Shown here piece after piece: positions 1-9,000 of a DNA stretch of 20,000 nucleotides. Origin of the DNA: an uncultured virus (IMG/VR IMGVR_UViG_3300022548_000001) (Duplodnaviria; Heunggongvirae; Uroviricota; Caudoviricetes); IMG/VR virus record IMGVR_UViG_3300022548_000001; one strand, given 5' to 3'. Position 1 is the stretch's first letter; every line of letters begins with the position of its first letter. The position numbers and the translations under genes are program-made. Below the pieces are notes generated by a model. The model saw only the letters and a program-made list of their open reading frames with translations, was not told where the DNA came from and ran no database searches.

Positions 1-1935
1 CGAAAGTATTTCTTCAATAGGCGCGCCCTTTCTTAGAAAAAGCTGCACCGTTTTTATCGGATTAAATGATAACGTATTTTTTGTGTAAAAATCAAGAATT
101 GCATTGCCATCAATTTTTATCGAAGTCTCACAATTCTTGACAAATGCTTTACAAAGTTTTGTAAGTCTTTGATTTTCCGATTTATTCGCCTCAATTCTTT
201 TCCATGCATTAACACAATCATCAATGCTGTCGATTATAAAATTAAACGGGTCCCCAATATCATTAATAAACGCCTTGTTAAAAAGCGGACATTTTCCATC
301 ACCACCGATATGGCATGAATGACAATATTCGTTTCGTATCGGAGCGAATGCGCCGTCGGTTTTTAACATTTCTTTTTCAATTTCTTGTATTGAATCGAGA
401 ATCCATCTTAAAGCTTTATCGGCATATCCATCAATAGCGTCGTTTTTAAGTTCTAATCTGATTTTTTTACCAAAACGAATATATTCCACTTCGGCTATTA
501 TTGTATCATAACTATTCCTTGGAATAAATTTATATATCATAAGAACGTATATAGCCAACTGCATATCTTCAGCCAGCTCTTTTTCACTCATTATTTTTCT
601 TGATGTTTTGTAATCCTTAATAATAATTGTTCTTTTATAATAAAAAATCATATCAATTATACCACGAAAGAACGCGTTATGAGCGTAAAAATCAGAAAGA
701 ATATTCCAATTTTTATCAAAAGCAAAACGCTTCTCGGTAAGAACAATATCTCCAGGAAGAATGGAAAAATTCGACGTACGATAAAATTTTTCGGCAAGAC
801 GCCGTATATCAATAATTATTTCAGGATCTGTTACTTTATATTGGTTGATTAAATTTTGAATGATATTTTCATATTCCTCAAGGCTTGGCATTGCTGGTAT
901 ATCATATGTTACATTAGCCTCTTTAAGAACATTATCCATAGTAACAATGAATTTATAAAATCCCTTTGCTTCAGGAAAATATTTATTAATTTTTTCTTGA
1001 TTTTCAAATAAATATCTGCCTACATCATGAAAAGTTATGTTATCCTTATTATAATACGCCTTAACATTATTTATATTATCCTCAGAAAATTGACATTTTG
1101 ATATTTTAACAAATTCGGCAAATTTATTTGCGAATAATTCTCTAAAACACCATTTCCCAGACTTTTCCGCTATAGCATGAACGACGGTCCCTACAATAAG
1201 ATAATCTTCATCAGGCTGTTTAATGCCTTTAATATATTGCATGAACCATTTAAACGGGCATTGCTTGAATAAATTTATTCTTGAATAAGAATACGTTTGT
1301 GTGGCGATCATTTTTTGATCAGAATCGCTCAGTATAACTCCGGTCTGCGCTTGATTGTTGATCGTTTCAATCTCTTGATTAATATTATTTGAAAAAATCG
1401 GCATTTCTAATTTAAGTTGATTTTTCTTTGTTTCAAAATTTTTCAATTTTAAATATAGTTCTATTGTTTTATCAACATCGTATTCTGACCGGTGAGCCTT
1501 TAAATAATCAAATTCTATTCCAACCCTGCCGCAAGCCGTTTTAAGCTTATTTGATCTTCCTGGGAATCGAGACCTGGACATTACAAGGGTGTCTTCTATT
1601 ATTTTAGGCTTTATTTTAATAAATTTAATATCAAAATCTATTATATTATGGCCAATAACAGTCCTATCTCCTATAAATTCGGCTATTTTTTCTCGGACGC
1701 CGTCTTCCAAATAATTTGGGCATTCTTTTACCATTTCCATGGTAATGCCGTTTACATCACTGGCTTCTTTTGAAATAAATCCTGATTTCGGCTTGCATAA
1801 AAATGTTAAACACTGACCAGTGGCGCCTGAAAGATTAAATTCTTTAGCCGTTATTTCAAGAATTTCGTCTTTTTCAGGATCAAGCCCTGTTGTTTCAACG
1901 TCAATACATACATGAGTATATATTACTTTAACCAT
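1..1935 (-). CDS. DEDDh (DnaQ/epsilon-like) 3'-5' exonuclease fused to PD-(D/E)XK Cas4/RecB-like nuclease; 3' end lies outside the window
   Basis: Hand-translated: open frame from ATG at 1935 to base 1, at least 645 codons with no stop. N-terminal Exo motifs: CIDVETTGLDP, GHNIIDFD, AHRSEYDV. Second domain: YSYSRINLFKQCPFKW, GTVVH, TEKRF, RGIIDMI, KDYKT, QLAIY and C-terminal CHSCHIGGDGKCP. GGAGG lies upstream and the start overlaps the stop of the 1928..2305 ORF. Confidence 0.88.
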   Translation of the reverse strand, partial: MVKVIYTHVCIDVETTGLDPEKDEILEITAKEFNLSGATGQCLTFLCKPKSGFISKEASDVNGITMEMVKECPNYLEDGVREKIAEFIGDRTVIGHNIIDFDIKFIKIKPKIIEDTLVMSRSRFPGRSNKLKTACGRVGIEFDYLKAHRSEYDVDKTIELYLKLKNFETKKNQLKLEMPIFSNNINQEIETINNQAQTGVILSDSDQKMIATQTYSYSRINLFKQCPFKWFMQYIKGIKQPDEDYLIVGTVVHAIAEKSGKWCFRELFANKFAEFVKISKCQFSEDNINNVKAYYNKDNITFHDVGRYLFENQEKINKYFPEAKGFYKFIVTMDNVLKEANVTYDIPAMPSLEEYENIIQNLINQYKVTDPEIIIDIRRLAEKFYRTSNFSILPGDIVLTEKRFAFDKNWNILSDFYAHNAFFRGIIDMIFYYKRTIIIKDYKTSRKIMSEKELAEDMQLAIYVLMIYKFIPRNSYDTIIAEVEYIRFGKKIRLELKNDAIDGYADKALRWILDSIQEIEKEMLKTDGAFAPIRNEYCHSCHIGGDGKCPLFNKAFINDIGDPFNFIIDSIDDCVNAWKRIEANKSENQRLTKLCKAFVKNCETSIKIDGNAILDFYTKNTLSFNPIKTVQLFLRKGAPIEEILS

Positions 1936-2305
1936 TTCCATTTTCCTCCATTTGGCTTATGACCGATTGAATCTTTTTATAAAGAGCGATAATGGCTTCT
2001 TTATCTTCAATTGATGTACCGGGGGAATCAAGAATTTTATGAATCCCAGACATGATAAAAACCATTTCTGATTTATTGAAAACACATTCAACTTTTGTAA
2101 TTTCTTGTCTAATTGACACCCCATACTCTTTTTCGATTCCATCTTCCAATTCTTTCACCCTGTCCCATGCTTCTTTTTCTTTTTGTTTGCATTCTTGAAG
2201 ATTTAACTTAATTAAATTTATATTTTTTAAATTATGTTTAAAGTTAATAACAATAACGCATATCGCGATAATAATCGTTATAATATATGTAATTAGAAAA
2301 GTCAT
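1928..2305 (-). CDS. Hypothetical protein with N-terminal transmembrane helix and coiled coil
   Basis: 125 aa; hydrophobic N-terminus FLITYIITIIIAICVIVI followed by a charged helical stretch; GGAGG upstream; start overlaps the stop of the upstream ORF (ATGA). Confidence 0.7.
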   Translation of the reverse strand: MTFLITYIITIIIAICVIVINFKHNLKNINLIKLNLQECKQKEKEAWDRVKELEDGIEKEYGVSIRQEITKVECVFNKSEMVFIMSGIHKILDSPGTSIEDKEAIIALYKKIQSVISQMEENGNG

Positions 2306-2496
2306 GTTTTTTCCTCCGAATATATGAATTTGAATAACCGAAGCGCTTCTTGAAATTCTTCAATTTTTAGAATGCCTCGGCGATTTAATAATAGATCTTT
2401 TTTTTTCTTTGGAGATAAATTCTCTGGAATTCCTATACAATACAAAATATCATGCAATCTCTCGTATGATTTAACCCAAGGGTCAATAATCATCAT
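2302..2496 (-). CDS. Small hypothetical protein
   Basis: ORF track gives a TTG start at 2508. ATG at 2496 has GGAG upstream and is preferred. Translationally coupled to the next gene. Confidence 0.55.
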   Translation of the reverse strand: MMIIDPWVKSYERLHDILYCIGIPENLSPKKKKDLLLNRRGILKIEEFQEALRLFKFIYSEEKT

Positions 2497-2528
2497 CGCT
2501 TTCTCCAACTAAAAATTGATACAATAAT

Positions 2529-2600
2529 ACATTGCCGTTTTTCGTTCATCTGGCCAAGTCACCGCTGACTCTTGGCCAGGATGAACGAAAACGGTAATGT
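2529..2600. other. Long imperfect inverted repeat (hairpin of about 30 bp)
   Basis: ACATTGCCGTTTTTCGTTCATCTGGCCAAG pairs with CTTGGCCAGGATGAACGAAAACGGTAATGT, with single-nt bulges and one G-T pair; apical AGTCA-CCGC-TGACT. Confidence 0.85.
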
Positions 2601-2692
2601 GTGTTAGGCGTCAAATTATTTATTATATCGGAGAAGCTCCGGTTTGCCTTTTTTTAGGCAACTTGGAAAAAGCATTATTATTTATTATTATT

Positions 2693-3757
2693 TTAAACAG
2701 TGCCCTCTTCCATTAATTTTGATGACGCCTCAATTTTTGATTCTGAAATATCACCGGCGTCCGCTCCAAAATTAATGGCAATATCTTTTTGATCAGACAT
2801 ATCCAATGGAATTGAATCTTCTATATCCAATGGAATTGGGTCTTTATCAAATTCAGGAGCTGAAATAAGGGACGCGGCCGACTGCTCAAGCAGTGACATA
2901 GTCCCTTCAACCCCCGCAAGCATTGCTCTCTGTTTTTTCTGTTCAAGGCCCCTCTTTATTGGCTCCATGACCATTGTGTTAAAATCTGCGGACGGGAAAA
3001 GGTCAGTAACGAACACCTCCCTTCCTCCTGATTTTATTTTTCGGTGAACCAAAAATAGTTTGGCTCCAAAAAAGCCGTCGAAAGGAATTTCTTTTCCCGC
3101 TTCTATTTGTCGTATAATATGCGCCGCTTTAAGAAGAGTCCATAAATCCTTAAGAGCGGATTCTATGCTAATAATAGTATTTATACTTCTTGTTTCAAAG
3201 CGGTACGGCATTGTTGATAAGTCACAAGTTGGAAATATTTTCATCAATCCGATTGGCTTGCATTTTCCGGCTATATAATCGGGGCATGATTCGAAAATAC
3301 AATACTCTTTGTTATCAAATTTGCGATTAACCCATATTCTTTCGTTGTCAGCCCCAAAAGTAAGATATTTTGCCGGAGTTCCAAGGCCATGGCTTTTACA
3401 CAACAGCCCTTCAGTTGATGAAAACATTGATAAAGAGCTTTCCCAGATATCTTCTGGGGAATGATGAAGACATATAAATTCAAGAAGCCTTGGTGATTTA
3501 CTCCCTTTATTTTGAGCCTCAAGCGCTTCTTGAACGCTTTGATTTTGAACCCATTTTTTTATAATTACTTCTTTTTTACTTGCTCCAATTTTTTGGTTTT
3601 CAACAACCTCTTTTAACATTCGAAAAAATCCGCACGGAACCGGATGATTTTCCATATTCGGCGGTTCTTTAGGGCCATATCCAGTCGAAATTTTCCCTCG
3701 ATATCTGGTTATATGATTTAATAAATTATTTTCATCATGAGTTATTCCGCGAATCAT
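2693..3757 (-). CDS. Gp3-like (recombination directionality factor-like) phage protein
   Basis: 354 aa; pattern RYRGKISTG...P..GFF...KSPRLL...LLCKSHG...C...CP.....KCKPIGLM...FETRSINTI resembles the phiC31/phiBT1 Gp3-like family as I recall it; acidic C-terminal tail. Confidence 0.6.
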   Translation of the reverse strand: MIRGITHDENNLLNHITRYRGKISTGYGPKEPPNMENHPVPCGFFRMLKEVVENQKIGASKKEVIIKKWVQNQSVQEALEAQNKGSKSPRLLEFICLHHSPEDIWESSLSMFSSTEGLLCKSHGLGTPAKYLTFGADNERIWVNRKFDNKEYCIFESCPDYIAGKCKPIGLMKIFPTCDLSTMPYRFETRSINTIISIESALKDLWTLLKAAHIIRQIEAGKEIPFDGFFGAKLFLVHRKIKSGGREVFVTDLFPSADFNTMVMEPIKRGLEQKKQRAMLAGVEGTMSLLEQSAASLISAPEFDKDPIPLDIEDSIPLDMSDQKDIAINFGADAGDISESKIEASSKLMEEGTV

Positions 3758-3776
3758 TTTTTATTCCTTTCTAATT

Positions 3777-4517
3777 TTAAAAAGGCAGCTCGTCTTGTTG
3801 AGACAATTCAGGCTCAATATTATCGTTTTTTCCATCAATTTCTGATATTACATTAAAATTCATATTTTCATTTTGTGCGGGTCTTGCAGCGCTTCCAAAC
3901 CCTATCTGTGAGACGTCATCTGAAGATGAATTTGAAACGCTCTTATCACCTTCCTGAATTTTCCGAAGCGTCACCAATTTAAGCGACGGCTTATTATTAT
4001 ATTCATGATCCTCAAACACACAAAATACTCTTTGTTTTAAAGAATGATCTTTTACCAAGATAAATTTTCCATTCTCTTCTTTCCATTCAGCGGTAAATTT
4101 TTGAACAATTGCTTCAGGGCTAATCTTAAAATTATCATCGCCAAGAAGAGCGCATATTCTTGGTTTTGACATTCTAAACATATTTTCGATTTCATTATAC
4201 GTCGCTTTAGGCCCCGGCCATACAGGAATATTAACTGTTATATAGTCGCCGACGGATACAAGGCTCGTTCCTTCAACGACTCTTAAAATTGCCACAAGAT
4301 TTATTCCGCCCTTTGAAGACACTGCAAGTTGCGGGCTTGCGATAATTTTATTGTTTTTATTTCTAAAACAGAAAGTCGACACTTCCATAATATAACTTCC
4401 CGATATATCAAGAACTTTTGATCGAGAAGTATCCGTGCTTGGTGCGGATTCAAACGCCGCTATTGCATTATTGTTATTGTTGAATTTTGAAATGTCAAAA
4501 GATCCTACGTTACTCAT
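3777..4517 (-). CDS. Putative single-stranded DNA-binding protein
   Basis: 246 aa; beta-rich core, low-complexity linker, acidic C-terminus ending QQDELPF (typical SSB tip); AGGAGG RBS; lies in a replication module. Confidence 0.6.
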   Translation of the reverse strand: MSNVGSFDISKFNNNNNAIAAFESAPSTDTSRSKVLDISGSYIMEVSTFCFRNKNNKIIASPQLAVSSKGGINLVAILRVVEGTSLVSVGDYITVNIPVWPGPKATYNEIENMFRMSKPRICALLGDDNFKISPEAIVQKFTAEWKEENGKFILVKDHSLKQRVFCVFEDHEYNNKPSLKLVTLRKIQEGDKSVSNSSSDDVSQIGFGSAARPAQNENMNFNVISEIDGKNDNIEPELSQQDELPF

Positions 4518-4599
4518 TATACCTCCTAGAAAAGTGAATGGTTATAATATGTACCTTTGAAAATAATACGCCCTTATTTTAATTTAAGAACGTATTTTT

Positions 4600-5508
4600 T
4601 TAATTTTTTATCACATACGGCTTGCTGACAATTTCCGACATATCTGGGCCTTTCCAAAATGGCTTAATCCATATTAATTTGTGGCTTGCCAATTTTTCTC
4701 CACAAGCCTGATTCCTCCAATGTCCTCGTACAATAAATCGAACATGCAAAGTTTTTCCGCTTGATTTATATAAAGGTTTATACGATTTTGGAGGTTTTAA
4801 ATAAATGTATTCATTTCTTTTGTATTCTTTGCCGGATATTTTTAATTTTCTACTTCCGCGGATTTCCGTTTCAGATGGTATTCTGGTTGGATCATTAATA
4901 TACAAAATAGTATTAAAAAACATATTTACCATATTTTTCGCGTCTTCAGGATCAAGATTAAGTATCGTTTTTCCTGGTTTGCTTGTATCAACCGATTCTT
5001 GAATAGACGCGTCCTTCTTCATATATAGCATTAATCTTTCAAACGCAATACCTTCCAATGACGGACAAAACGCGTCAAGGGAATGATCCCAATTACATTG
5101 AACATTTGAATTTCCTTCGCAATCCAGCGCTATAATATTTTTATCATTATTAAATAACGCCGAATTAAGATATAAAATTTCCGTTACCGGCCTTGATGTG
5201 TTAAATATTTTTGTTTGAAATAGCGGCGCCTCCCCTTCTATTAAAAAAGATTCAAAAGGATATTGAAAGTCGCATGGTCTTAATTCAAAAGAAATATCAG
5301 TATTAACAAAAGCTTCAATAAGATTTTTTGATAATATAAAAGTTTTTGACCCGTTTTCTTTCCATTTTTTAATTTTTGAATTTAAAGTTAAAGCGTAATA
5401 TGCGGCTTCTTTTATAAGACCTTGCTTATCTGGCTCGACCTTGTCAATATTTTTTAATGATTCATTTATTATTTGCTTTAACTGCTCCATTCTTTTGAAT
5501 AAATTCAT
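4600..5508 (-). CDS. Conserved phage hypothetical protein with C-terminal VRGHWR...WIKPFWKG motif
   Basis: 302 aa; the motif HVRFIVRGHWRNQACG...LIWIKPFWKGP is one I recognise from uncharacterised phage proteins. Confidence 0.7.
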   Translation of the reverse strand: MNLFKRMEQLKQIINESLKNIDKVEPDKQGLIKEAAYYALTLNSKIKKWKENGSKTFILSKNLIEAFVNTDISFELRPCDFQYPFESFLIEGEAPLFQTKIFNTSRPVTEILYLNSALFNNDKNIIALDCEGNSNVQCNWDHSLDAFCPSLEGIAFERLMLYMKKDASIQESVDTSKPGKTILNLDPEDAKNMVNMFFNTILYINDPTRIPSETEIRGSRKLKISGKEYKRNEYIYLKPPKSYKPLYKSSGKTLHVRFIVRGHWRNQACGEKLASHKLIWIKPFWKGPDMSEIVSKPYVIKN

Positions 5509-5537
5509 AATAATTTTCCTTTTTCCATTTTTCCAAT

Positions 5538-6092
5538 TTATAAAACTATACTCTCATATTGAGATAAAAATTTTTTAATATCTATCATTTCTTGTTTTTC
5601 CTGAAAATCAAAATCAAGATCAATAACTTTGATAGGGTCCCAGCTTCTTTCGCCGTTTAATGGGTTAGGCCTGCATCCATATTCTACCCTATAAGGAAAT
5701 AATTCAAATGGAACTATTTCCGGCTCAAACATTGCAAATTGTTTTTGAAGCTCAGGCGGCAAATTCCTATTAAAAACTTTTGACAATTGTTCGTCAGTAA
5801 TTTTTAATCTATTAATCATGTATTGTTCTATAAATTCCCCATTCCTTCTTGCGTCAGGCCGAAATACGGAATGAAGAATAAGAAATACAAACAATTCTTT
5901 ATTGTTCATAAACCCGTCAAGAATTTTTACCATATTATTTGATACTTGATCAAGCAGGACAAGAAGACATTTAAAATTATTTAACTCATTTTTGGTATTA
6001 TCACACCAACCAATTTTGACAAAGTAATTGAAGGCGCGATTAAATTCCAAATATGGATTTCTTTTTTTATTAATCGCATTTCCGCTTTGCAT
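5538..6092 (-). CDS. Hypothetical protein (start uncertain)
   Basis: ORF track start at 6185 overlaps the primase-MCM gene by 116 bp. ATG at 6092 (MQSGNAIN) gives a 23-bp overlap. No recognised motifs. Confidence 0.6.
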   Translation of the reverse strand: MQSGNAINKKRNPYLEFNRAFNYFVKIGWCDNTKNELNNFKCLLVLLDQVSNNMVKILDGFMNNKELFVFLILHSVFRPDARRNGEFIEQYMINRLKITDEQLSKVFNRNLPPELQKQFAMFEPEIVPFELFPYRVEYGCRPNPLNGERSWDPIKVIDLDFDFQEKQEMIDIKKFLSQYESIVL

Positions 6093-9000
6093 ATCGCTCA
6101 CTAAGCGACTCAAATCTTTTGATCTTTTTGTCCATTTGAGAAGTGAGTTCATCTGGTGTAACATCGAGATAATCTGATCCTTCATATCCAGAATCTCTCT
6201 TTTCTATCAACCATTTTGAAAACATCTCCGTTTTTCTAAACATTCTATTTGACGTTCTTTCAAAACAATTTCTATGACAAAGAAGGTTAATTAATTTATA
6301 ACACACATCGGACGCGTATTTATACGAACAAGACCTTTCATTGTCATTTTTAGCGCTGACAATAAAAGCCCTGTTTGATATAACGGCGTCTATGTAGTCA
6401 AAGAAAACTTGCCTAAATGTACTTTCAGTGAATTCATCTTCTTTAATAAGTTGATCATATCCAATATATTTAATAATCCCCTCCATAAATCTCATATCAC
6501 CAAGCTTTTCGGCTTGATACTTGGCTTCTGAATATCTATCAAGGGCGATATTTGGATGGCAATATAATCTCATGAGGGTTGTGCATATAAAATCAACATG
6601 TTCCTTTGTAACATATATTTTATTCCAATCATTATTCGGCGGGATTGAATACAACATTGTCGCTATTGAAACCGACATTCTTAAAACCTTAGCCCTGATT
6701 TCAATATTAACAAGCTGACTTGAAGGATGAAATTTATTGAGAAGCACCCCCGATTTTTCCGTAATATACTCCTCAAGACCCGGCTCAAGAATTATATCGT
6801 CCGGCTTTCTTGAATAACACCATTTAATAAGATTTTGACATTGAAACTCGGTAAATTCCGTTGAAATTTGATCATATACGGATTGAAATTCTTTATAATC
6901 AACGTCGCTTTGTTTCACAATATACGCTATATCAAAACGTGAAAGTATCTCGTCTTTGTTAAAGCATAAATCTTTAAGCATTAAAAATGGTTGTGTATGT
7001 TCCTTTTTTGTTTTGTCGGTTCCCCGCTGGTTTGATAGCATTATTTTCCTTGTTCTGGCAGGGACTTTCCCAGATTTTGCCATTTGAACGTCGGCGACTC
7101 CGCTAGACCTGCAAGGAGTAAGACTATCAAAGCCTTCATAATTAATCTGACTAAGCTCGTCAATTATAATTATTCCACCGTCATTTGCCGGTATTTTTCC
7201 CCATGAAATCGATTGTGTATTCTTAAAAGTCGTTATTCCACCGAGAAGTCCGGTTCTGCTGACCGCCCCAGAACCGGATATGAACTCTCCTATCTTGTAA
7301 TGATTATGAAGAAATCGTGATACAACAGTTTTTCCACAGCGGGTTTCGCCGGCGATTAAGGCTTCAACATATCCTCGTGATATCGCAGGAAGCAAAGTTG
7401 TATTATGTATTTCCGCGGCAGAGAAGAAAGCAAGATCATTAATAAGAAACAGGTCGTCTCTTCCGGTTAACCCTGCGGCGTTTCCGAAAATTTTATACCG
7501 TCTCTTTAAATGACTTTCAATGCTTTCCCCGGGCTTTCTTCTGAACACCAGAAGAATATTGTGTATTTCTTCATTCATTACAAAATTCTCGATGGAAGTG
7601 GCTATAGGCTCGGCCTTATGAGCAAATAAGACGGCATATTGACCATTCCAAGAATTTGTTCTGACAGCCTCGAATCGATAAGATTTATTTGCATATATGT
7701 CTTGCTCGCCAAGCATGTACGCTTCCACTGTAATTGATGACGTGGCCGGGTCTCCATATTCAGCGACGTCTTTAGCGAGCCTGACATGAAGAATCTTTTC
7801 ATATTCAAGGTCTATAATTTTTAATCTATTACAATGAGAATTCGCAAGAATTAAGTCCTTAATATGATTTCTTTTTTGAGTTTCTGTCACTTGAATAAGT
7901 CCAAGTATATCGTGTTCCGATATTCTAATATGATTTCTATCAGTGACTCCTTCGTCCGTTCTTTCAAAATATAAAGTTATACCAGACTCTGTTTTATCAA
8001 ATTCCGGGTATGATGGAAGAGAGCAATTTTTGCATTTTCCAGATTTATTTGCGGCGCCGCCCGCACCCATTTCTTGGCATATAACACAAAATTTCTTTGG
8101 ATATTGATATGCAGTCGAATCAAAATCAGAGACTGACGATATAAGTTCGAGAATTATTGAACCATCGGAAGAATAATTTTTTGCCATTCTTGATTCTTGA
8201 AGCGTAACTTTTCTTTTTTCTTTCCGCGTTCTGCCTTCATTCTCGGTATAAACGTCAGTATCGTCCACCAATTTATTGAAAAGATAAATGGCGTGTTCAT
8301 TAAAACCATTTTTTTGAAGAAAATCGGTAAAATCTTTTTCCGCTCGTTTATATTTTTCCGCGCCGGATTTAGTTATGACTTTTTTCATTTTTGACGGATC
8401 AAGCCCTTTTGGATTTATGGGGCTTATATCAAGATTCACTATTTTAATTTGCCGAGCATATTGATACAGTGAGTGGGCAAGTTCTTGTGCGGGGGTTTTT
8501 CCTGTTTTTGCGTTTGGAGACGCGTCCGTGTCAAAAACAATAACTATTTCCTTATTATAAAATATCTGGCGGGCCATTTCTTCGCCAAAAATATTATTGA
8601 CATTATGGTTTGACATTCCGCCAAGAGTAACAGCCCCATCTATACCAAAAGAAATCGCGCAATACGTATCGGGCTCTCCTTCAAAGAAATAAATTTTTTG
8701 TTTTGTAAAATTATCAATCGGTATTGGTTTAACCGGAAGACCTTTTTCCCAATAATGCCATTTATAAGCCGGGTTTGGATTTTGTGGATCATAAATTTTT
8801 ATATTCAGGCAATACCCTTCGCTATCAATAATTGGAAAAGTAAATCTTCCTTTATCATCCAAACCTATTTTATATCGCTCAATTACCTGAGGCGTAATAC
8901 CTCTTGTTTGCTTTAAATATTCCATTTTACTATTATTTTCAAGAAGATTTTTTACTAACTTGTCAACAATAGATTTTGAAATTGTCGTTTCTTCTTTTAA

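Noticed and set aside
1..1300. CRISPR-associated cas4 locus
   Set aside because: No cas1/cas2 or array visible; stand-alone Cas4-like nucleases are common in phage replication modules.
2799..2838. 16-bp direct repeat ATATCCAATGGAATTG with 24-bp period
   Set aside because: In-frame micro-duplication (IPLD twice) in a disordered acidic tail; no evidence of a separate function.
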